A stretch of 64,000 nucleotides of DNA, from NCBI GenBank assembly GCA_017463665.1, contig JAFTOT010000087.1, positions 5,871 to 69,870 of the forward strand, in the 5' to 3' direction. The translations under genes were made by a program, and so were the position numbers. Positions 17,280-25,900 of this stretch are shown here, in pieces. The notes below the pieces were generated by a model, which had not been told where the DNA came from, did no database searches, and saw only the letters and a program-made list of their open reading frames with translations. Source of the DNA: Clostridia bacterium. GTDB taxonomy: Bacteria; Bacillota; Clostridia; Oscillospirales; CAG-272. Every line of letters begins with the position of its first letter. Position 1 is the first letter of the stretch.

Positions 17280-18563
17280 ATGTCTAATTATAAATTTGAA
17301 ACGCTTCAGCTCCACGTAGGTCAGGAGAGCCCCGATCCCGCAACCGATGCACGCGCAGTGCCGATCTACCAGACCACCTCGTACGTATTTAAAAACTCCG
17401 CGCATGCGGCGGCACGCTTCGGTCTCGCGGATTCGGGCAACATCTACGGACGTCTTACCAACTCCACGCAGGATGTGCTGGAAAAGCGCGTTGCAGCGCT
17501 GGAGGGCGGCGTAGCGGCGCTTGCGACCGCTTCGGGTGCCGCGGCGATCACCTACACGCTGCAGGCGCTCGGTCAGAACGGCGGGCACTTCGTCGCACAG
17601 AAGACCATCTACGGCGGCAGCTATAACCTGCTTGCACATACGCTCCCGAATTTCGGCGTCACCGCAACTTTCGTAAACATTCACGATCTTGCCGAGGTCG
17701 AAGCTGCAATTCAGGAAAACACCAGAGCGATCTATATTGAAACGCTCGGCAACCCCAACAGCGATATTCCGGATATCGACGCACTTGCAAAGCTCGCACA
17801 TAAGCATGGTCTGCCGCTGGTTGTAGACAACACCTTCGGCACGCCTTACCTCATCCGTCCGATCGAGCACGGCGCGGATATCGTAGTGCATTCCGCCACC
17901 AAGTTCCTCGGCGGTCACGGCACGACGCTCGGCGGCGTCATCGTCGATTCGGGTAAGTTCGATTGGGCGGCATCGGGCAAGTATCCCGCAATTGCCGATC
18001 CGAATCCCAGCTACCACGGTGTATCCTTTGTAAAGGCAGTCGGTCCCGCCGCATTTGTTACGTATATTCGTGCCATTCTGCTCCGCGATACGGGCGCAAC
18101 GCTGTCTCCCTTCAATGCGTTCCTGCTTCTGCAGGGCATTGAGACCCTGTCGCTTCGTCTGGAGCGCCATGCGGAGAACACTAAGAAAGTTGTTGCATTT
18201 CTGACAAACCATCCGCAGGTTGAGCACGTTAACCATCCGTCGCTGCCCGACCATCCCGACCACGCACTGTATCAGAAATATTTCCCAAACGGCGGCGCGT
18301 CGATCTTCACCTTTGAGATCAAGGGCGGCGTAGCCGAAGCACATAAGTTCATCGATAGCCTCGAGATCTTCTCGCTGCTCGCAAATGTTGCGGATGTCAA
18401 GAGCCTTGTTATCCATCCCGCGACCACCACGCACAGCCAGCTCACCGAGGAAGAGCTCGCCGACCAGGGCATCAAGCCGAACACGATCCGCCTTTCGATC
18501 GGTACCGAACATATCGACGATATCATTGCTGACCTGCAGCGCGGATTTGACGCTGTAAAATAA
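17280..18563 (+). CDS. O-acetylhomoserine sulfhydrylase-type PLP enzyme (Cys/Met metabolism family)
   Basis: FETLQLHVGQ... N-terminus and PLP-lysine region VVHSATKFLGGHGT; 427 aa. Confidence 0.85.
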   Translation: MSNYKFETLQLHVGQESPDPATDARAVPIYQTTSYVFKNSAHAAARFGLADSGNIYGRLTNSTQDVLEKRVAALEGGVAALATASGAAAITYTLQALGQNGGHFVAQKTIYGGSYNLLAHTLPNFGVTATFVNIHDLAEVEAAIQENTRAIYIETLGNPNSDIPDIDALAKLAHKHGLPLVVDNTFGTPYLIRPIEHGADIVVHSATKFLGGHGTTLGGVIVDSGKFDWAASGKYPAIADPNPSYHGVSFVKAVGPAAFVTYIRAILLRDTGATLSPFNAFLLLQGIETLSLRLERHAENTKKVVAFLTNHPQVEHVNHPSLPDHPDHALYQKYFPNGGASIFTFEIKGGVAEAHKFIDSLEIFSLLANVADVKSLVIHPATTTHSQLTEEELADQGIKPNTIRLSIGTEHIDDIIADLQRGFDAVK

Positions 18564-18602
18564 GTTATACATAAGCTGTAAAGTAATTTGGAGGAAACTA
18601 TC

Positions 18603-19535
18603 ATGTCGAACATCTATACATCCGCTGACCAACTGATCGGTAAAACACCGCTTCTTGAACTGACGCACATAGAAAAAGCACTCGGACTGAAGGCAAAGAT
18701 CCTTGCAAAGCTCGAATATTTCAATCCCGCAGGATCGGTCAAGGACAGAATCGCAAAAGCCATGATCGATGATGCAGAAGCTTCGGGCGCACTGAAACCC
18801 GGATCGGTCATCATCGAGCCTACCTCGGGCAATACAGGTATCGGTCTTGCGTCTGTAGCGGCGGCACGCGGATATCGCATCATCATCGTCATGCCCGAGA
18901 CGATGTCGGTGGAACGCCGCCAGTTGATGAAGGCATACGGCGCAGAGCTTGTGCTCACCGAGGGCGCAAAGGGAATGAAGGGCGCGATTGCCAAGGCAGA
19001 GGAGCTTGCCAAGGAAACCCCCAACAGCTTTATCCCCGGTCAGTTTGTCAACCCCGCAAATCCCCAGGCGCACCGTGCGTCCACGGGTCCCGAGATTTAT
19101 GAAGATACGGACGGAAATGTAGATATCTTTGTCGCAGGCGTCGGCACGGGCGGCACGATCACGGGCGTCGGCGAGTATCTGAAATCGAAGAACCCTGCCA
19201 TTAAAGTTGCAGCGGTAGAGCCTGCTTCCTCCGCGGTGCTCTCCACAGGTGTTGCGGGTCCCCACAAGATTCAGGGTATCGGCGCGGGATTTGTACCGGA
19301 CGTACTCAACACCAAGGTTTATGATGAAATTATTCCCGTATCCAACGAGGATGCGTTCGCCACGGGCAAGCTCATCGGCAAGAGCGAGGGCGTGCTTGTA
19401 GGTATTTCCTCGGGTGCGGCGGCATATGCGGCGATCGAGCTTGCAAAGCGTCCCGAAAACGAGGGCAAGACCATCGTGGTTCTTCTGCCCGATACGGGTG
19501 ACAGATATTTGTCCACACCGTTGTTCGCAGAATAA
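18603..19535 (+). CDS. cysK: Cysteine synthase A (O-acetylserine sulfhydrylase)
   Basis: [16 protein letters not shown] (PLP-Lys), [23 protein letters not shown] 18603 follows GGAGGA. Confidence 0.9.
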   Translation: MSNIYTSADQLIGKTPLLELTHIEKALGLKAKILAKLEYFNPAGSVKDRIAKAMIDDAEASGALKPGSVIIEPTSGNTGIGLASVAAARGYRIIIVMPETMSVERRQLMKAYGAELVLTEGAKGMKGAIAKAEELAKETPNSFIPGQFVNPANPQAHRASTGPEIYEDTDGNVDIFVAGVGTGGTITGVGEYLKSKNPAIKVAAVEPASSAVLSTGVAGPHKIQGIGAGFVPDVLNTKVYDEIIPVSNEDAFATGKLIGKSEGVLVGISSGAAAYAAIELAKRPENEGKTIVVLLPDTGDRYLSTPLFAE

Positions 19536-19540
19536 AGATG

Positions 19541-19578
19541 ACACCGGTGCCGGAATTGCCGGCATCGGTGTATTTTTG
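19541..19578 (+). terminator. Rho-independent terminator after cysK
   Basis: 13-bp stem ACACCGGTGCCGG/CCGGCATCGGTGT (one G-U), then ATTTTTGT. Confidence 0.8.
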
Positions 19579-19594
19579 TAAGGAGATTTGAGAT

Positions 19595-20128
19595 ATGTCT
19601 ACTGTAAAAAATCAAAACTTGAAATATGCAACGCACCGGCTATGCATTACCGCGGTATTTATGGCGCTGAATGTGGCAATGAGCTCTTTCAGTGTCCCCG
19701 TTCCCGGCGGGCATCTGTACATGAACGACATTGTTATTTGTACCGCGGCGATTCTGCTGGATCCGTTTGCTGCCTTTATGGTCGGCGGCGTAGGTGCTTT
19801 TCTCGGCGATCTGTTCTTCTATCCGCTCCCGATGTTTGTTTCTCTGGTGACACACGGCTTGCAGGCGGTGGTGATCTCCGTATTTTCGCATTACATACTG
19901 AAAAAGCACCCCGTACTTGCATCGGGAATCGGTGTGGCGATCGGCGCGGTTATCATGGTGGTCGGTTATTCGCTCGGACGTGCGTTCATCTACAGCACGC
20001 CCGAATATGCCGTCCTCAAGCTGCCGTATCAGATCTTGCAGGCGGCAGTGGGTGCGGTTGCGGGCGTGCTTATCTGCTGGAAATTCAAGCTCGCAGAGCT
20101 GTTTTACAAAAAAGGTTTGCGTTCATAA
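19595..20128 (+). CDS. Small polytopic membrane protein, ECF-transporter S-component-like
   Basis: 177 aa with about 5-6 TM helices. N-terminal pattern LCITAVFMALNVAMSSFSVPVPGGHLYMNDIVI resembles ECF S components. Family not confirmed. Confidence 0.5.
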   Translation: MSTVKNQNLKYATHRLCITAVFMALNVAMSSFSVPVPGGHLYMNDIVICTAAILLDPFAAFMVGGVGAFLGDLFFYPLPMFVSLVTHGLQAVVISVFSHYILKKHPVLASGIGVAIGAVIMVVGYSLGRAFIYSTPEYAVLKLPYQILQAAVGAVAGVLICWKFKLAELFYKKGLRS

Positions 20129-20143
20129 AGGAGGAGAACCGTT

Positions 20144-20701
20144 ATGATCCCAACAAGAGACGAAGCGTTATCGCTTCTGCAGGAATATAATTCCGAGCCG
20201 TTTCACATCAAGCACGCGCTGACCGTAGAAGGTGCGATGCGGTATTTCGCGAAAGAGCTCGGATATGGGGCGGAAGAAGAGTTCTGGGGAATCGTCGGAC
20301 TGCTGCACGATCTCGACTTTGAACAGTTCCCCGAGCAGCACTGCATCAAGGAACAGGAGCTTCTCCGTGCGCGCGGCATTGACGAACGTATCGTGCACGC
20401 GACCGCCAGCCACGGCTATGCGCTGACGGTGGATATCCGGCCCGAGCATAAGATGGAAAAAGTCCTGTACGCTGTGGACGAGCTTACCGGGCTCATCGGT
20501 GCGGTTGCGATCATGCGTCCGTCCAAAAGTGTTTCGGATCTTGAACTCAAGTCGGTGAAGAAAAAATACAAAAACCTGAACTTTGCAGCAGGATGCTCCC
20601 GCGAGGTCATCGAGCGCGGTGCGGACATGCTCGGTTGGACATTGGATGATCTGATCTCGCGCACCATCCTTGCGATGCGGGCAACCGATGCGGTGGACTG
20701 A
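20144..20701 (+). CDS. HD-domain (HDIG-like) phosphohydrolase
   Basis: HIKHALTVEG...GLLHDLDFE...HATASHG metal-binding pattern. Confidence 0.75.
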   Translation: MIPTRDEALSLLQEYNSEPFHIKHALTVEGAMRYFAKELGYGAEEEFWGIVGLLHDLDFEQFPEQHCIKEQELLRARGIDERIVHATASHGYALTVDIRPEHKMEKVLYAVDELTGLIGAVAIMRPSKSVSDLELKSVKKKYKNLNFAAGCSREVIERGADMLGWTLDDLISRTILAMRATDAVD

Positions 20702-20704
20702 GCG

Positions 20705-21789
20705 ATGCAGAAAGCTCTGATTGCGATGAGCGGCGGCGTGGACTCGTCGCTGGCGGCAAAGCGGATGGTCGATCGCGGATATGATTGCATCGGCTGCACC
20801 ATGAAGCTGTATCATAACGAGGATGTCGGAATAGATCGCCTGCATACCTGCTGTTCGCTGGAAGACGTGGGGACGCAAGAAGCGTTGCGTATAAGCTCGG
20901 CATGCCGTATTATGTGTTCAACTTCACCGATGCCTTTCACGATACGGTCATTCGTAAATTTATCGAAAGCTATGAACAGGGGATCACGCCGAATCCCTGT
21001 ATAGATTGCAATCGCTACATGAAATTTGATAAGCTCTACGAACGCGCGAAAGTTCTCGGATGCGAGTATGTTGTAACCGGTCATTATGCAAGGATCGAAG
21101 AGAAGGACGGTGCATTTTTTCTCAAAAAAGCATTGGACGAAACCAAAGACCAGAGCTATGTGCTCTACTCCATGACACAACAGCAGCTTGCGCACACGCT
21201 TTTTCCGCTGGGCAATATGCGTAAAACAGAAGTGCGGCAGCTTGCGGAGCAAAGCGGCTTTGTCAATGCCCATAAGCCCGACAGTCAGGATATCTGCTTT
21301 GTACCGAACGGCGACTATGCGAGTATTATCGAGCTGCAAACGGGAAAAAAGGCAGCTTTCGGCAATTTTGTGGATAAAGAGGGCAATGTTCTCGGCAGAC
21401 ACAGGGGCGTGATCCATTACACCATAGGGCAGAGAAAGGGGCTCGGTATCTCGAGCTCGGAACCGCTGTATGTTTGCAAAATTTGCCCGCAAAGCGGCGA
21501 AGTGGTTCTCGGCAGCAACGAGGATCTGCTGCGCATGGATGCAGATGTTGCTGACTTCAACTGGATCAGCGGCACAGCACCGCAAGGTGCATTTCGCTGC
21601 AAGGCGAAAATACGCTACCGTCAGAGCGAACAGTGGGCAACCGTAACACCCACAGGCGAAAATACCGTTCGTATCGTCTTTGACGCACCGCAGCGTGCAA
21701 TTACCCCCGGACAGGCGGCGGTTTTGTACGACGGCGATACCGTCCTCGGCGGCGGCACGATCACCGCAAAATTTGACGGTTCCTATTGA
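20705..21789 (+). pseudogene. mnmA: tRNA 2-thiouridine(34) synthase MnmA, interrupted by a -1 nt frameshift in a G4 run
   Basis: N-terminal frame has ALIAMSGGVDSS (PP-loop) up to ...CCSLEDV. The conserved continuation DARSVAYKLGMPYYVFNF...TPNPCIDCN...TGHYAR is in the +2 frame (ORF 20902..21789). The junction is at GGGG 20869-20872. Confidence 0.8.
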
Positions 21790-21817
21790 CAGTATGAGAA
21801 AAAATGTGATAGTATAA

Positions 21818-21850
21818 TACCAACCTACCGAACTGATAGGTATGGTTGTA
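21818..21850. promoter_or_regulatory. Putative autoregulatory operator of the Rrf2 regulator
   Basis: Directly after TATAAT (21813-21818) comes an imperfect palindrome ACCAACCTA-N9-TAGGTATGGTTGTA. The motif is shared with the sulfhydrylase promoter. Confidence 0.4.
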
Positions 21851-21902
21851 TCAGCAAGTATGGAAAGGAGAGTCGAGACAGGTCGCTCGACACAGATGGA
21901 TT

Positions 21903-22331
21903 ATGATGATTTCCACAAGAGGCAGATATGCTCTGCGCGTTCTGATTGATTTGGCTGAACATAATGACGGCAAGTATATCCCCATGAAAGATGTTGCCGA
22001 GCGTCAGGATCTTCCTTTAAAATATTTGGAGAGAATTTTACCGGTACTTACGAAAAACAAACTGATCGTCGGACTGCACGGCAAGGGCGGCGGTTACCGC
22101 CTCAGCAGAACACCGGATGCATATACCGTTGGAGAAATTCTGCGCCTTACGGAGGGGAATCTCGCGCCTGTTTCCTGCTTGGAACAGGATGCAGCGCCGT
22201 GTGCGCGTGCCGCCGAATGCCGCACACTGGAAATGTGGACGAAATTCTATGAGATGACCAACACATACTTTGACGGTATCACGATCGCAGACCTGATGCA
22301 ATCGGAAGTCGGAAACGACTACATCATTTGA
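21903..22331 (+). CDS. Rrf2-family transcriptional regulator (CymR/IscR-like) with three-Cys motif
   Basis: MMISTRGRYALRVLIDLAEH...LPLKYLERIL winged HTH. Cys ligand candidates in VSCLEQDAAPCARAAEC. The TTG 21846 extension is rejected. Confidence 0.85.
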   Translation: MMISTRGRYALRVLIDLAEHNDGKYIPMKDVAERQDLPLKYLERILPVLTKNKLIVGLHGKGGGYRLSRTPDAYTVGEILRLTEGNLAPVSCLEQDAAPCARAAECRTLEMWTKFYEMTNTYFDGITIADLMQSEVGNDYII

Positions 22332-22459
22332 TCGGCAGTCTTAAGCAGCCATGATCGTTGCACCGTTCGCACTGCACAAAACGCTCGGGGATGCAGAGGG
22401 GCTGCGGACTGTAGTTTACATTGCGGTAAACAAAGAAAAGAAGAGTTGCATTTTGTGAA

Positions 22460-22488
22460 TTGACTTTCCGAAAAAACTGCGCTATACT
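22460..22488 (+). promoter_or_regulatory. Sigma-70 promoter driving the cobalamin riboswitch operon
   Basis: TTGACT, 17-nt spacer, TATACT. Confidence 0.65.
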
Positions 22489-22494
22489 TTAAAA

Positions 22495-22715
22495 CAGAAC
22501 TAAATAAGCACACAGAGTGTCGGGCGGGCCGCGTAAGGCTCGCTCGGTGAAAAGGGAACGTGGTGAGAATCCACGACGATACCAGTCGCTGTATGCATCC
22601 GAATGTTTTTGTACTCGTCGGCGAAAGCCGGTCATTGGGAAACTGAGAAGGCAGGGTATAAAAACGCAAGGCTATGCGCCTTATAGGATGTGAGTCAAAA
22701 GACCTGCTCTGATGT
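22495..22715 (+). ncRNA. Cobalamin (B12) riboswitch aptamer
   Basis: Conserved core readable: GGTGAAAAGGGAACGTGGTGAGAATCCACGAC...ACCAGTCGCTGTA, plus a B12-box-like GAGTCAAAAGACCTGCTC at 22690-22707. Confidence 0.8.
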
Positions 22716-22839
22716 TGCTCCGTCCGTGTATTTACATAGGAGCAATAGTTTTGTTTGGCACTATCCATTTCTCAAAAACGGAATGTGGATAGGCTTTGTT
22801 GCGTTGCCATGCAAAATGTGACAGTCACAGGAAAACTCT

Positions 22840-22881
22840 GCTGTGGTAATTTTGTAAAATTACCGCAGCTTTTTTGTTTTT
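22840..22881 (+). terminator. Intrinsic terminator in the riboswitch leader (likely expression platform)
   Basis: 14-bp stem GCTGTGGTAATTTT/AAAATTACCGCAGC (one G-U), then TTTTTTGTTTTT. Lies about 85 nt before the ATG. Confidence 0.7.
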
Positions 22882-22965
22882 CTGCGTAATTTTTTGGAGG
22901 TGAGCTTGCAAGCAATCACTGCCCGAACGGGAAAAAGCAAAATACAACATAATAAGGAGCAAAAG

Positions 22966-25900
22966 ATGAAAGCAAAAAGAATTCTAAGCCTGCTGCTCGT
23001 AGTTGTCCTGGTATTGGCAATGCTTCCGACAGCGGTATTTGCGAATGATGAAACAGCGATACAAATAGCATCGGCTGCTGATCTTCCGACAGAGATCAGC
23101 GCGGGCAGCACGTATGAGCTGACCGCCGATATAACGCTCGCAAGCGGTCAGCAAATTGAGACGCTGGCGGGCACGCTCGATGGCAAGGGACATACCGTCA
23201 CGCTGGCGGACAAGCCATTAGCGAATACCGTGACGGGTACGATCCAAAATTTGGGCGTGCAGGGAACCGACACAGTGACCTTGTCCGGTGTTTCCGGCAG
23301 TATGGCGGTGACCTTGTCCGGTACGATACAAAACTGCTATTCTCTTGTTAATATGACGACCTCGGGCTGGGATGATATCGGCGGTCTTGTTGGAACACTT
23401 TCCGGCGGTAAGATCTATAACAGCTATTACGCAGGAACGAATAGCGCAATGTTCGCTGACGGTTTGGTAGGATCTGCTACCGGCGGTGAGATCGCAAACA
23501 GTTACTATACGGTCGGCTTTAGCGCTATCGGAATGGGTGGCAGCAAGGTAACACAAACCAATGTTGCCAAAATGAGCGACATGACCGGCATTGCCGCCGT
23601 AGAAGCACTGAATACGGATATTTCGCCAATCGGATATATCTGGGCACAGGATACCGAAAGCACAAATAGCGGATTCCCGATCTTGACGGAAGATACAGGC
23701 GATACATCGGTCAACAAAACAGCTCTGGAAGCGAAAATTACAGATGCAAAAGCGTTGCCCCAAGAAGCTTACACAACGGAAACGTGGACGGCATTGACGA
23801 ACGCACTTGACAGCGCCGAAGATGTTTGGGGAAAAGACGATGCAACGCAATCGGAAGTAAATTCCGCGCTCAGCGCGCTGGAAGCGGCGATCAACGCTCT
23901 CGAAAAGAAAAAGCCTGTTGAACCTGTAAGTTCGGACGGATACACGGTCAAGCATATCACAACACAGGCAGAGCTGGAAGCGATCGGTGCAGGCAACACA
24001 GATACATACTACATTCTGGATAACGATATCACATTCGACGGATGGTATATGAGTTTTGCTACGTTTAACGGCGTTTTTGACGGTAACGGCAAAACGATCA
24101 CCTTCCAAAACGACTATACCGGATTGTTCAAGAACATCGGCAGCAACGGTGTGGTGCAGAACGTTCATTTTGCAGGAGCCTTAAAATCCAGTGCAGACTA
24201 CGGTGCTTGTGCCCAAGAGGTACAGGGTGCGGTCATCAACTGCTATACCGAAGTTGCAGGCGGCAGTGCCAGCGGATTTGCCAAGCGGCTAAACGGCGGC
24301 ATCCTCTCCAATTGCTATTCGATCAGTGAAGCGACCGACGGTGCGATCATCGAGCAGACCGAAACGCCGGACGGCACACCGTATACCGGCACGCTCCGCA
24401 ATGTATATTGGAGAAGCGACCTTAGCCAGCCTGTCGATCTGACCAAGCTTACAACAGTCGGCGAGGTAAAAGCGCTCGACGCATCGGCGATGAAGAGCCT
24501 TGATTTTGTTGCTGTTCTCGATGCAAACAAAGGTATGTACGGAATCGCATGGGGACAAAGCAGCAGCGGCTATCCGTATTTCGGTGAAGATCAGACATAT
24601 GTTCCCGAAGAGGAAAACAAGGTTTCGTTATCGGAAAATAAAACCGCGATCGCATTTACAGCGGAACGAACACAGGCGACAACTGTAATTGAAGATCAGG
24701 ATCTTCAAATTGACATCCATACCGCATTAAACGGTATAGCCGGTCTCTTTTCTCTGCCGGAATATGCACTGCAGGAGGGAGAAAGGATCGAATGGAGTGC
24801 ATCGCAGCAGTCGCCTGCCGATGTTGCTTCGGTCGGCAGTGAATATCCGTATCTCAGTGTAGAAAAAGAGGGCGTACTGGTTGTAAGTGCAACCTTGGTA
24901 AAAGCGGACAGCAGTACCGAGGTATTGGCTTGCACAAAGGTAACGATTCGATCCAATGCAATTGCGGCTATCCGGCTGTATCTTGCAGAATATGAAGATA
25001 CCGAAAACGGCGAGGAGATCATAGACGGTAAGGCAACCGTTTCCGGTTCGGAGAGCATGCGCATTCTGGTAAAAGCTCTGTATACGGACCAATCGTCGTA
25101 TCAGACCGTTTCCGAAAGTGACTTTACATTTGAGTTGTCCGATCCCGACGGTATTGTAAAACACAGCGAGGGAAGCAGCGCGTTCAGCTTCCGTGCACCC
25201 GGCACTGCTACGATGACTGTCACCCATAAGACCGACAGCACGCTTACCGCCGATGTCGCATTGACTTCTGCATATGTGCCTGTAACCGCTGTTGTCCCGG
25301 GCGTTTCCGGGACGGTAGAGCTTCACGGCAGAAACGGCAACAGTGCAAGCGGCGAGGACTTTTTGCCCGACTATGCAAACGTCGTTGTCACCCCCGCGAA
25401 TGCAAGCTATGCCGATTCTTATACGATCACCGGCAGCGATCCTTCGGTTGCAGAATATGTGACCAGCATGGTCTATGGCTATGTTCCCTACAAGGCGGGT
25501 ACTGTAACGTATACTGCCACCATAAACGATAACGGAACGGTCGTTTCGGGTGACTCTGCCGTTACGTATGTTTATAAAAATCCGCTGAAGAATGTTACGG
25601 TCGAAAAAGATTCCATTTCCATGACAGTCGGTGACACAACTTCGGCAGGTCTGCTGTTCGAGGGAACCCTCACGGACGGGCACGAAGTAACGGAGACGGG
25701 AATGCACTGGAGCTTCAGCACGGACGGAATCGTATCCGTCTCCCGCGGCAGCGGTGCATGGAAACGCGATACAGGGGCTCCGGATGATGGTTCTTATTTC
25801 CTCAGCAGTGCGTATACGATCCGCGCTTTGTCTGCCGGTACGGTAACCGTAACGGGTACACCTGTTGATACGACAGGCGGCGCACAGCCGATAAGCTTTA

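Noticed and set aside
21786-21791. TTGACA overlapping the mnmA stop codon, considered as the -35 box for the Rrf2 gene.
   Set aside because: The spacing to TATAAT (21813) is 21 nt, too long for a sigma-70 promoter. Only the -10 and the operator-like palindrome are retained.
22894-22965. TTG-start extension of the giant surface protein.
   Set aside because: ATG 22966 is preceded by AAGGAG and begins a textbook signal peptide. The upstream 24 codons overlap the leader just after the terminator.
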